From Epithemia pelagica (Eukaryota > Protista > Bacillariophyta): a DNA stretch of 64,000 bases. Position 1 is the stretch's first letter, and each line of letters opens with the position of its first letter. The stretch covers positions 3,162,650 to 3,226,649 of the forward strand of contig OX337240.1 of assembly GCA_946965045.2 (NCBI GenBank), written 5' to 3'. This document shows positions 1 through 10,956 of the stretch, in pieces. The translations under genes and the position numbers were made by a program. The notes beneath the pieces were generated by a model, which worked only from the letters and a program-made list of their open reading frames with translations, ran no database searches and had not been told where the DNA came from.

Positions 1-310
1 CTATCTTTTTTAGCTCCGCACTTGCTCGCGTATGAGAGCGCGGCCGTCGCGGGCAATATAAGGCTATATAAGACGAAAATCCTACTTCCATTCCGAGGAG
101 CTATAGTAGTATTAAGAACTCCCTATGTCTAGTCCCTTTTGAGGAGGGTCGCCCGGCGCGGAGGGTAGAATGACGAGGAGGGCAATGGTCGAGGAGGGCG
201 CACGCCCGACAAGACAATTGCCCGTCGAGTCATTCTCCCGACAAGCCGGGCGCGCCCGACGCGAGAGGACGGCCAGACACAGGGAAGTAGTAAACTTACT
301 CCCTATCAAG

Positions 311-490
311 CTGTGTAGGTAGTGAGAAATTCCTGGAAGCCATGTCACAAAGTGTCACACAAATGTCACACAATTGTCACACAAGTGTCACACATGAGAG
401 GGAAACCGCGCGACTCGCACGAAACTACTTCCCGGTCGTACAAAAAATTCCTACTGTAGTATAAAAATGTGAGACGAACTACCTACACAG
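311..490. mobile_element. Possible MITE-like element (~180 bp)
   Basis: 13-bp inverted repeat CTGTGTAGGTAGT (311-323) / ACTACCTACACAG (478-490) encloses about six TGTCACA(C) repeats (343-392). No clear TSD. Confidence 0.35.
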
Positions 491-1871
491 TCTGGTATGG
501 AGTTAGTGTCTCACTTTCCGACCCTCCCAACAAGTGCCAACCCGAACAAGTCGTAGAAAAGTGATCTGCTTCACTTTGCTCAACAGGATGATGAGAGGCT
601 GCCTTGGTTGCAGTGGACCAAGGCTTGGCGGATGGGAATGATTGGACATGTTGCCACCAGACAACTATTACATCGAGAAGGCAGTCGTTACACTGGTTTC
701 CCGTCATTTGGTGATTTGGGCATGATAGTCGGTGTCATGGCCCACTTGTTTGTATACACATCACAAGAGACCTTGCTGCAGTGTAGCCCATGTATGCTGG
801 CCAATCCACCATTGGATGGCCACACCTACAAGGATCGATTCGAGGGTGGGACCATGATGAGTGGCTGTTGTTCCCTCGGGCAGCACCGAGCTGCAAGATG
901 AGGGCCTTCTGGACTGACCGGAGGAACCAGCAACCACTCTACACATGTGTGTGCTGGCTCCAAAACAGGACGACAAGCATGGCAGAAATTAGGAAACAAC
1001 AGCAGCCATGAAACGCAAGAAGACGACGGAACATCTGCGTGTCGAGGTCACATGGAGCTCGAATAAAGTCTGACGACGAGGTTTCCTGATCAGCGAATGC
1101 AGAAGTTGAAACAGATACTGTAGATCCGAGATCCAGGTCCTGAAACTTGAGATTGACAATCAAGGTAGTATATCCGTACGGTATGTCCGATTGTGCATCG
1201 AGTCTAACGTGGTAAGGGCAAACACTTCTGGAACAAGTGTCGTCCGTGTTAGGATCTTTGTACAAGGTGATTGCATCGCCTTGGCTACTGCTTTGTTCCC
1301 TGGCTTACACCTCCGCACCTCGGGAGGTCAGAAGTGTCAAGAAACGCACAAGTGTCCACGTCGTTAAAGCAGCTACGGTCAAGTTGCTTGGCCTGGTAGG
1401 TGTCTGCTTGTAGCCAGTGCTAATTGCGCTTGTGAAGTTCTGCATCTGTGATCCAAGCTGTTCCATCAGTCACTTGTTTGAGCTCCACGCTTTTAATCGA
1501 CAATTGACAGGGCACAGATTCATGAATGGAATCGTACGTTTGTTCCGTTTCCGTTTTCATCACGGTGTTACTGCTGAAGCTTTGACCGAGCTCAGTCGTC
1601 ACAGTGACGAGAAAATTCACAGGACCGTCATCTTCAGACGTCGTTTCAAACGAAATCTATAGGGGCACAGCAGACACACGAGTGATGCGTTACAGCACCA
1701 TTGTGTATATGAAATAATTACTCTTCACATTACATTGTATTTCTGTTGGTTGGTTGGAGTCTTCCATTCTCGTGGTCTACTTCATGCTTCGTTCGTAATT
1801 TCCGTTGTGTATTCATAGCTTTGACAATGCAAGACACATGTGTAATCCTGACATAGTAGACGAGACTACTA

Positions 1872-4250
1872 CTACCTCCTCCTTCTCATCATTCCACCCG
1901 TGGCTCTCCAAGCTGCAAGACTGGTCGCACTGCTGCCCTTTCCACCACTCTCGCTCTTGGTTCGACCCGAGGATCCACCCGGAGATGGCGCACCGCGACT
2001 AGGACTGGCAAACATCATCATCATGCCAGCACCACCACCTCCACCACCACGGCCCATCATCATCATCATCATTCCACCACCATTGTCCTCCTCTTCCTCA
2101 TTGTTGTCACCCCTCCCGCCATCCCTCTTTCCCATCATGCCACCCGTAGGCATGGTGGGCTTGGGGGTTGGTCGGGGTGTGCTCTTGACCGTGGGTCGAG
2201 GAGTGGGGGTGGGTGGGTCGGTCAATCGCGCGGCATTGACTGCGGTGCGAGCATTGACAAAGCCAAAGCCCGTGTCAAAGTCAAAGCCAAAATCATACCA
2301 TGCCGTGGAGGGACTGTCCATATCTTCGGCCGTGACTTGCAAAATACTCTTGACTTGGTCCGGCGTTAAAAAGGGTGCCGCCTCCAACATGAGCGCAGCG
2401 ACGGCCGCCACATTGGGAGTCGCTGCTGACGTTCCCGAAAATTGAAAGCATCCCGGAATCAAAACATCTTGTCCGAATGGTGGGAAAAAGTTGGTACAAG
2501 TTCCATCGGGACCAACAACCGAGGGTGTCATTCGAGTTTGTTCCTTGGGCAAACGAAGTCCGTCCAGACCAAAGAATATCGGTGTTCCGCCTGCTGCCGA
2601 AAACGAATTGATAGTGGCCGGTGATACGCCAAAGCCAGGAGTTTGACGGTAATCTGCGGCGCCCACTGCAATAGCACCTTCCGCGTTGGCATGACCATAG
2701 CTCGTACTGGCGGATATAATTTCTTGAGGAAGATCGCCTAGTACTAGATTGATACTTTGTGAAAAGATGATCTTGACAAATCCTGGTGGAGGACCTTCCG
2801 TGAGAGTCACCTCCATCTGGTAGAATCCGGGGTTTGGGAGGCTCACAAGTTCAACAGGCTCTCCGGTTAGGGCATTGTCACTCGAACTACTCTCCACTAA
2901 GAGAGACGTGGTTCCGTCAAACACAAACAGGTCGAGGTTGGTTCGAGGACCTGGCAAGCCCGTTGCAAAGGACGTGGGGTCATCCCATTGAAGAATGATA
3001 ATCAAATCCGGGTCAGACGTCAAAAAACTCAATACCGTAGTCTCCTCCAAAGAGAAAATGGATTGCCCAAACGATAGACTGGGTTGATCAAAAAAAGTCC
3101 CGGCAGCTTGTACCCATGGACCAGTCCAAGATTGACGATTGAAGTTCCCTGCGGCAGAAAAGTAGGGAACACCCTTGCTTACGGCATAATCCACGGCCTG
3201 AGCGACCAGGTCATCCTGGAACATGGCTTCGTTAACGTAAAGGATATCATCATTGATAATCTCACAGCCCAGATCTACCAGGGTTCGAATGGCATCGGCA
3301 TAGGCGGCCTTACCAAATTTGGCAGTGTGAAACGCCTGATTCACTCCCGGCGCAACGTCGTGAATCAATTGCATCATGGCACGTCCCTCGTCCGTACATT
3401 CCAAAAACTCAATGCCGTCGGTTTCCTCCACATCGCGCACAATGGTCAAACGATCCCAGGGAGGCAAATCTCCATCGCGAATGTCATCGGAGGCCGTCGA
3501 GTTGATTTGTTGGACACAATCAAACGAGTCGGAAAGAGTACACACCAAGAGACCTTGTCCCGTCACACCAAAGAGATCACGAGCTTGATCGGCAAACATG
3601 GAAGAAGAGGCGAAACTGGACACCAAACCCGAAGCTTGCAGATTCACAACGTTGGAGGTTACCGACTTTATGTTGGGATGTGCGGCGATTTGATCCAACA
3701 GACGAATGTCGATATTGACCGAACAAGTACATTGAGAAGAGCCAGTAATCTGAATGACCCCAGGATGAGCTAGCAAAGTGGTTTTCCAGTCTTCTTCATT
3801 GGGGCATTCTTTTGGAACAATTTCGACCGTTACATGAATGCCATCTTGACTCAGCAATGTCCCCGTCGGAATGTGGAGCGATTCGACAAGATTTTGACGC
3901 GTGTAGAGCTTTCGTCCTCCACCACCCTGTTGTGCCTTGAAAATTTGAATCAGGTTATCGTCTACCGAGCCAAGGTCGTGCTGGGCGACAAAGGATTTCT
4001 TTTCGTTGATGGAAGCCTTCATGGATTCGTAGGCGGCCGCACGATCAAACGTGTCCACAACAGGACGACCATCGTCGGCGCCCTGGACAATGGAATCCGT
4101 GTCGTTGGAAGCTGGTATCGAATCAATGGCTGCATACACTGGATTCCACATGAGCAGCAGAAGCAACAGACAAACTAAAATCATGTGGCTTGTTGTCCGG
4201 ACAGCCATTGTCCAGGACCACGGTTGTTTGAATCCTCGATTCCGAACCAT
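1872..4250 (-). CDS. Secreted subtilisin-like (S8/S53 clan) serine protease
   Basis: 792-aa ORF with a hydrophobic signal (MILVCLLLLLLMWNPVYAA), LSDSF, DEGRAMMQLIHDVAPG, oxyanion SAAGN and catalytic Ser motif FSGTSAATPNVAAVAALM. Pro/Thr- and Gly/Met-rich tail. The true start may be a downstream Met. Confidence 0.85.
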   Translation of the reverse strand: MVRNRGFKQPWSWTMAVRTTSHMILVCLLLLLLMWNPVYAAIDSIPASNDTDSIVQGADDGRPVVDTFDRAAAYESMKASINEKKSFVAQHDLGSVDDNLIQIFKAQQGGGGRKLYTRQNLVESLHIPTGTLLSQDGIHVTVEIVPKECPNEEDWKTTLLAHPGVIQITGSSQCTCSVNIDIRLLDQIAAHPNIKSVTSNVVNLQASGLVSSFASSSMFADQARDLFGVTGQGLLVCTLSDSFDCVQQINSTASDDIRDGDLPPWDRLTIVRDVEETDGIEFLECTDEGRAMMQLIHDVAPGVNQAFHTAKFGKAAYADAIRTLVDLGCEIINDDILYVNEAMFQDDLVAQAVDYAVSKGVPYFSAAGNFNRQSWTGPWVQAAGTFFDQPSLSFGQSIFSLEETTVLSFLTSDPDLIIILQWDDPTSFATGLPGPRTNLDLFVFDGTTSLLVESSSSDNALTGEPVELVSLPNPGFYQMEVTLTEGPPPGFVKIIFSQSINLVLGDLPQEIISASTSYGHANAEGAIAVGAADYRQTPGFGVSPATINSFSAAGGTPIFFGLDGLRLPKEQTRMTPSVVGPDGTCTNFFPPFGQDVLIPGCFQFSGTSAATPNVAAVAALMLEAAPFLTPDQVKSILQVTAEDMDSPSTAWYDFGFDFDTGFGFVNARTAVNAARLTDPPTPTPRPTVKSTPRPTPKPTMPTGGMMGKRDGGRGDNNEEEEDNGGGMMMMMMGRGGGGGGAGMMMMFASPSRGAPSPGGSSGRTKSESGGKGSSATSLAAWRATGGMMRRRR

Positions 4251-5543
4251 TGAGATTGCTTTTCGTCGTGAATGTTTCGTGCAGCAAGCCGAGGAGGATG
4301 AATCCGTTGCCTTTTTTGGGGGGTGTCGAAATTATAATCGGTGAAACTGTCACCGGCAAAATGTCGTTGTTGTGGCAATCAATGCTCCGCAAACCAGCAC
4401 AAATAACAACAACGTGGTTCTGAATCCCATAGTGGCAGTGGATGGAAACCCTTTCTTCATTGAATTTTCCAAATACACTCGTCCCACCAGCCATCGCCCT
4501 CTCTGCCAAATGGTTCGGTTGGAAGCTTGGCTGGTAAATTGTGTGGTGCTTGAGTCGTTTCACACGAGATGAGCACGCCGCGCGTGCTTTCCAAGATGAC
4601 ACATGTTGCGGAGTTAGGTGCACGTGGAATTTTCCTATTGAACTGTTGCCAAAACGGAACCGTGGCTTAATTATTCCTGCAGTGCTACCAACAACGAAAG
4701 TTTGTTAGATTCGACGTCTCAACGGTCGCCATCACATTTTAGTTATGCCTCATCGGAAACGAGAGTCAAGCCCAATGGCTTGCTGGAGAAGGCCCTACCA
4801 GAGTATCACCGACCAAAGAGACTTCTCGTAGCTAGTAGGTTGTAGGACATAGCAATAGCAAGGCTACCTATCTATTTACTCCTACACAGTCGTCATTTTG
4901 GAGTAGTTACTCCTACAAGCTGAGTTCAGACAGAATGTTCCTGACGTAGCGCTCCAGTAGGAAATCTACGTAATCCGCGCGAGCCATCCCCTTAATATAG
5001 CCCTTCTATTTATGCCTCTACCGTTCTACCAAAAATTGACCATGGTGAACGGTCCTTTTGACCGATCTCTTGCCAAATAGGAGACGGCTCCATGATCCCA
5101 TGCTCTGAACCTCTTCTCCATTCATGGGTTGAGCATGGAGAACGATGTCGGCGCTGCATTCGTTTTGTAGGTGTCGTTTTATCTAGTTGAAGGTGGTCGC
5201 CGCGCGATTTACTACGGCGACTCACGGCAAAACTTGGTGCAACCAATGCACCTCTATTGTAGAATCGAATGATAGAAGATAGAACAAAGACTATGAACAC
5301 TTGTAGCGTTGTTCACGTCAAAAATTGATATTCTTCTCGTTAGATATATGGAACTTAGACTAGAAGTTGCGTCGTTCACAACAAAGATTGATGTTCTTTT
5401 CTTTGTTGTGACTCACACAGCCGTACCTGAACGCAATGTATTGTACGGTAAACGTAACACAACTATAGAATTAGATCGTATTCATAGAGAATGAAGATCC
5501 TACTCAAATGATAATCATAAAACGCTGCTACATTGTTCACTAT

Positions 5544-6116
5544 CTAGGCTTGTTGATGATTAAAGAAGAGATTTTGAAGCGGGTGCTTGAGCATCATCGC
5601 ACCAAGCGAAATGTTGAAGCGATCCATATCCTTGCTGCCCATGTAGATTGTAACGACCTGGGGTTCCATGCAGGCTTTAGGGTTGATGGAGCAGCGTGTG
5701 TAGAGGCGGATGCGTCCCATGGGAGGTCCGTTCTTGCTCGTCTTTCCAGAGACCTGGTCCAGGTGCGACAGAGCAATGAACCCAACTGGAACAACCAACG
5801 CTGGTTCCTCATGCTCGCTTGTTGCATCCCGGTCAAAGACTGCAATCCGTAGGTAGTCGGTCGCAAGCTCCCGCTGCACAAGCAGATGGCCACGGTCGAC
5901 GATGTTGTGGCCAGTGTCCTTGTTTCTCGACATGGGCCCGATGAGCGCGCAAACATCGCTGGCATAAAAGCACGACTTGAACGGGAGACCAGCACCACCC
6001 TCACGGCCATCCTCTTCGTTGAACTCGAACTTCGTCCTCATGTTGGTCATCTTGTTTCTTCTTCCTTGCCTCTTCCTGTCGTCTCTGTTTGATTGTTCCA
6101 TTGCACGGCGGGTCAT
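5544..6116 (-). CDS. Hypothetical protein (transposon cargo)
   Basis: 190-aa ORF with a charged N-terminus and a globular-looking C-half; no recognisable motif. Confidence 0.4.
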   Translation of the reverse strand: MTRRAMEQSNRDDRKRQGRRNKMTNMRTKFEFNEEDGREGGAGLPFKSCFYASDVCALIGPMSRNKDTGHNIVDRGHLLVQRELATDYLRIAVFDRDATSEHEEPALVVPVGFIALSHLDQVSGKTSKNGPPMGRIRLYTRCSINPKACMEPQVVTIYMGSKDMDRFNISLGAMMLKHPLQNLFFNHQQA

Positions 6117-6287
6117 TCGGAAGTTGCTTCATGCTGCAAGTTGATTTTGTGGCGCGCGCCGATATTGTTCACGAATGAGCGCGGGGGGATTCCCTAGATG
6201 ACACAAGAATGGAGAGCGGGCAACAATCAAACAAACAAACACAACAATCAAACGAACGAATCCCTATTGTGTTCTCACTTTCCAACG

Positions 6288-7185
6288 ATGCGCCAGACGC
6301 GTAGTGCTACCAAACGAGCTGAGTCTGCGAAGAAGGAGCAGGAGGACTCCGCCGCAGCTCCCTCCACAACCGCATTTCCCTCCGACAAGGGAAACAAGGC
6401 AAACAAGAAAATGAAGACAAAGACGGCCGTGGACAACAAAACGTCGAAGAAGAAGAAGACGACGACGACGAAGTCTCCCGCTTCGACAAAGAAGCATGTG
6501 ACCTTCAACCTTGAGGGTCCTTCGTCGTGGCACGAGCGCGCAAAACAGTGGCAACTCACCATTGGGGATGAAGATGGTATCCCAGTGTTCTTCGTCAGCA
6601 ACAAGGACGTTGAATGCGCTAACCTGTCGGATATCGCGGCAGAGCTCCTTGCGATCGAGGCTGTCGGCAAAGAAGGTAAGTTTGATTGTTCATTGTTGGT
6701 TTTGAGTCTCCCTTTCTCACGACGCGCCCTCTGCTGCCACAGACACCAAACCCAACAGCAAGCCCGACAACAAGCCCGACAGCAAGCCCGAGAAGGAGAT
6801 CAAGAAGGAGGACGACGTCGAGAACAAGACTCCAGAGTCTTATGTGACCCCGAAGAAAGTAACTTCTTCCCCGAAGGTGGCGTCTCGAGCTTTCGCACTG
6901 ACCCCCTCCCAGAAGCATGCTTTCCAGCGTCGGATTGCTGAGGAACAGGTGAAGGAAAGTGGAGCGACAGACCCTCGCCAGACTTTGAATGAGTCGCTGG
7001 CATTGGGAGAAAACATCCCGTCGTCTCCTCCTTTGTTCTTTAGCAATCCTTCCCGTGCATACCGGACATCCATTGATTCGTATGCCGATGATGGATTTCT
7101 CGAGACCCAAGAAGACTTCATCGGTACGCAGCAAAACGGGCTTTTTGGTCCCGATTACTTGGATCATGAGGACGAGGCGTACTAG
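6288..7185 (+). CDS. Hypothetical K/E/S/P-rich protein, two exons (6288-6675, 6743-7185)
   Basis: A GTAAG...CACAG intron at 6676-6742 joins the 6198-frame ORF in frame to the ORF ending at 7185 (...GKE-D-TKPNSKPDNKPDSKPEK...). Confidence 0.55.
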
Positions 7186-7711
7186 ATATCTACTGATGGA
7201 CGTTTTAGGTATCCTTAATCACTAAATATGAATCGATTTGTCATCATGGTACTTGTAGTGCTTCTACAGTCGTTCTTGTTGTGATTATCATTATTGTCGT
7301 CGTCCAAGTCCTCGTCATTGTCGTGGCTATCATTGTCGTCGTTGTATTGTAGTCGTCCTTGTTGTAGCTATCATCGCTTATCCCGTTTGTCCTCTTCATC
7401 ATCGTTATGGTCGTGATTGTCATGGTCATCATCATCGTCGTCGTCGTCATCCAGCTTCCCAGTGTCGGTAGTTGGGTCCCGGTTTGCGGGCGCGTCTCGT
7501 ATGGATGTACGAGGGAGTTCGTGATTGGTCCCAGACGAGCTATGATTCTTATCTCATATTTTGCGTTTTCGACACTTCATGGAAACAAACACGACAATGT
7601 ACTAAAGTATAATATGAAGGAATAAACTAATAAATCTTAATGTCATACTGCAACTCAACGTACCATGGTATTCTTTTTCAACAATAACACACTTTCACCA
7701 CGAGGAAAGAT

Positions 7712-10600
7712 CTAAGTTTGATCGGCTTCTTTGCTCGCGATCTTCTTACCAGGTTTATAATTCGCGGCCACAAGCACCTTACGAGGATTGTCACTTAGGA
7801 CGCAAACACGCTTGTCCCCGACCCAAAGCTTAACCCCAACGAGCCCACTTCGGCGAACACCAGGGATGTCTTTGTCATGGAAGTAGTAGTCGGAAAGCCT
7901 GCTTTCTCCAGAAGGAAGGTTGTAGGTGTTCTTTGGCATGGGATCGTGAACGGTCCCATCTTTTCCTTGGTACACGTAGAAATGTGCACGTGGATTCCCC
8001 ATCTCCCCAGTCTTAAAGCCACCAGCATGGACAGTATCTCCTCGAACGAGGAGAAACGTGCCATATGGGATATGTACCACTTTACCCAGCTCGTTCATAT
8101 AATCCTTGTGCTTCTCACCGCGGAAACTCCACAATTCAACGGACATACCCTCCTCCGCCAGGGGCATGAAAACAATAAAAGGCATGCGTTCCCGGAGTGG
8201 CAGATCTGCATTCGCTCTCCGAGTCTTTTTGATTGGTTGCTTCCCGGAGGGCGTTTTGGGACCTTCGGACATGTTCCCTGTTACGCTCTGGAACAAGAAG
8301 TCGATGTGAGGTTCTTGAACTTTTGCCTCTGTGGTCTTCATGAACGAAAGGTGAATGTTGATTTGGTCCGCAAATGAATCATCTTTTGCGTAGTTCATCC
8401 CATAGAGAGCTGAGGCAAGCAGCTGCTTGAAATTGGCCGTGACCTTTGCAGCATGTTCGGGGTTAACGTGGCCGAAGTACCGAATGTTGGACACCATTCC
8501 CTCATGTTCCATCATTGCCATCAACAAATTTGGTGTGTAGTCTTGAACAGATTTGAAAAATTTGCCCTTTCCTTTCTGGTCCAAGCCTGTGCTGTGCCAC
8601 GCATTCTCCAACATTTCGAGGAGATCTGGCGGAGTTGTCAAAAAATATCCTCGATACATTTTGTTTTCAATATCGTACAGCCATTTGAAATACTTCGAGC
8701 GCAATTCTCTATGTAACAACTTCATTTCCTCGAAACGCTCATTCTCCTTCGCTTTCGCATCGATCGCTTCCATCTCCTCAAAAATACTATCCGTGTCATC
8801 TTCTGCCATTACCACTGGTACGAACATTCCAGTACTAGGGCTGGGATTGGCTTGAGTGGCGGGTTGAGCTTGTGCTGCAGGTAGGACGGGACTGCTGGGA
8901 AGGAGCACGGGTTGAGCTTGTGCTGCAGGTGGGATGGGATTGCTCGGAAGGAGGTGGGGTGAGCCTTCGACCGGCTGGGTCGTGCGTTGTTGTTGCTGCT
9001 GATGATGGAGCGATGAAGGTAGAGTCCCCCCGTAACCTCCATAGTTGGGTTGATTGTAGGACGGAGGATGTCCATGGTACTGCGGCGGAGGATGACTCGT
9101 CGGAGGATGAGGATAATGCGGCGGAGGATAAGGATAATGCGGCGGAGGATGATGATTGTACTGCGGCGGAGGGTAATTGTACTGCGGCGGAGGATAATTG
9201 TACTGCGGCGGAGGATGGTGATAATATTGCGGAGGATAATGCGGCGGCAGCTGAGGGGGCGAATTGTAGTGCTCAGAAACGTCTTGCGGAGGAGGCGGAG
9301 AAGGAAGAGCAGGAGGACGAGCAACAGCAGCAACTGGGCGGAAAACAGTAGTAGAAGAGGTAGCGAAAGCCTTCTTTGTTTTTTTCCCGTCGTCTTCATT
9401 TTCATCACTGGGTCGACCGCGTTTCTTTCCCTCGTCTTCGTCGTCGTCACCTTTCGTCGACGGTCGGATAACCTGTTCGGAGGACGTCGGCGATTCGTCC
9501 GAAAGGTTATAAAACAAAGACAGCTCGTCGCCCTTTTCGATCCGCTTGATTGCCTTGACTAGAAGATTCGGCATGATTCTCACGTTGTAATGATCATCCG
9601 ATTCATCCGGTGGATTGTCTGTACCGTACCGATGGTGTAGGTGGTCGTTGATTAAGTGCAGCCCCATGCCGAAGTGATCGTCGTTGTCTGCTTGAAGCCT
9701 TCGATTGTCACGTCCGAACTGAATCGCGTACTCGTTGGGTACAACTGTCCGAGACGTGACGTCGTTTCCCGTGTACGCACCAATCACTTCACCATCTTTG
9801 ATTGTCCGAGCTGCAAAAACGCCAAACCCGGCGCCTGGGAGTTTTGACTCCTTCACCTCAAACAGAAGCACTTTTCCAAGGTAGATCTTGACTACCGGAT
9901 TGTTCGCAAATGTGTAACCGACATGCTTGCCGATCGGGAAGGTATGTTTTCTGTTCTTCTTGACAGGGAGACCCATTCCACTCGAAAGTGGCACAATCTT
10001 CCCCTTTTGCATGCCAGAACCGGGCTTCCGAATTGGAGCTTCTTGGACCGAAAAAGTGGCCGAAATCTTCCGTGAGACATACTCTCCCATAGCACAGGCA
10101 AGTACAGCACTGTCTTTGATCTTGGAGAGCGTCTTGAGGCCTTCGGTGAATTTCCTGATTGGATCCCGTCCAGAACGAGAAGGGAGTTTCTCCACTTCCT
10201 CGATGCCTTTCTTGTAGTCCTCTGTGCGCGTATCGATGAGGAGCTGCCGCATTTGAGTTTCCGAATACTGTTTGCTGTGGTCCTTCTCTGGATGGCCACG
10301 CCGAACATCTGCAAGCTTTTTATCCTTCACTTCGGCAAAGTCTTGATCCGAAAGAAACCGATGGTGCTTTGTTGTTGTCGCTTCGTCTGTTGCTGCTGCT
10401 TCGGGCGCCGCTGCTGCTTTGGCTGACTGCTCTTCCGCTGCATCTATTGCAAGTATAAGAGCGTCAAGATTTCCTTTGTCACTCATGCTGTCTCGTTTTT
10501 GAGCGCCTGCTTTTGAATACTGTTTCTTAGGGCTTGGTTTCCCCATGGTCGAAACGCAAAAACTCGAAACACGAAACACAAGAAACACGAAACGCAGCAT
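7712..10600 (-). CDS. SET-domain + 2OG-Fe(II) dioxygenase fusion protein
   Basis: SET motifs EVKESKLPGAGFGVFAARTIKDGEVIGAYTG, GLHLINDH and AIKRIEKGDELSLFYN (~9500-9890). Pro/Tyr/His-rich linker. C-terminal QEPHID...RGDTVHAGG...NPRAHFY (HxD...H...R facial triad). Likely start is Met at 10546. Confidence 0.75.
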   Translation of the reverse strand: MLRFVFLVFRVSSFCVSTMGKPSPKKQYSKAGAQKRDSMSDKGNLDALILAIDAAEEQSAKAAAAPEAAATDEATTTKHHRFLSDQDFAEVKDKKLADVRRGHPEKDHSKQYSETQMRQLLIDTRTEDYKKGIEEVEKLPSRSGRDPIRKFTEGLKTLSKIKDSAVLACAMGEYVSRKISATFSVQEAPIRKPGSGMQKGKIVPLSSGMGLPVKKNRKHTFPIGKHVGYTFANNPVVKIYLGKVLLFEVKESKLPGAGFGVFAARTIKDGEVIGAYTGNDVTSRTVVPNEYAIQFGRDNRRLQADNDDHFGMGLHLINDHLHHRYGTDNPPDESDDHYNVRIMPNLLVKAIKRIEKGDELSLFYNLSDESPTSSEQVIRPSTKGDDDEDEGKKRGRPSDENEDDGKKTKKAFATSSTTVFRPVAAVARPPALPSPPPPQDVSEHYNSPPQLPPHYPPQYYHHPPPQYNYPPPQYNYPPPQYNHHPPPHYPYPPPHYPHPPTSHPPPQYHGHPPSYNQPNYGGYGGTLPSSLHHQQQQQRTTQPVEGSPHLLPSNPIPPAAQAQPVLLPSSPVLPAAQAQPATQANPSPSTGMFVPVVMAEDDTDSIFEEMEAIDAKAKENERFEEMKLLHRELRSKYFKWLYDIENKMYRGYFLTTPPDLLEMLENAWHSTGLDQKGKGKFFKSVQDYTPNLLMAMMEHEGMVSNIRYFGHVNPEHAAKVTANFKQLLASALYGMNYAKDDSFADQINIHLSFMKTTEAKVQEPHIDFLFQSVTGNMSEGPKTPSGKQPIKKTRRANADLPLRERMPFIVFMPLAEEGMSVELWSFRGEKHKDYMNELGKVVHIPYGTFLLVRGDTVHAGGFKTGEMGNPRAHFYVYQGKDGTVHDPMPKNTYNLPSGESRLSDYYFHDKDIPGVRRSGLVGVKLWVGDKRVCVLSDNPRKVLVAANYKPGKKIASKEADQT

Positions 10601-10956
10601 TCTCCTCAGCCCTCAGCTCACATTCCAAAAAAAATCTTGAGCTCACATACTAAAAAACGGTGAAGTTTTGGTATGTGGGCTGAGTTACTTAAGGATTTGC
10701 GTGCCAGTTTTGCGATGCGTGCGCGTTTTCGGAGAGGGAGGCGTGTTTCGCGCGAGGTCTGCTCCGAAAATCGTCCATTTTCTCGCTCTCTCACATTTTC
10801 GAGGTACTTACAAACTGATAATCCAACACGCAACACGAGCACGCAACACGGAAGTGGTCATTGATACCAATAACTGACAAGAAATACATTCAATAAAATG
10901 GATTGCTGTTATAAATAGTCAAGTTACATGCATTTTGATGATAAATGGAGATTAGA

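Noticed and set aside
480-1680. Short Cys-containing ORFs near the window start
   Set aside because: No long frame or recognisable motif; possibly decayed sequence.
7244-7450. Thr/Met-rich ORF
   Set aside because: Low-complexity (ATC/GTC)n tract with stops in the acidic frame.
8809-9562. Arg/Ile-rich and Ala/Glu-rich overlapping ORFs
   Set aside because: Alternative frames of the Pro/Tyr/His repeat linker of the SET gene.
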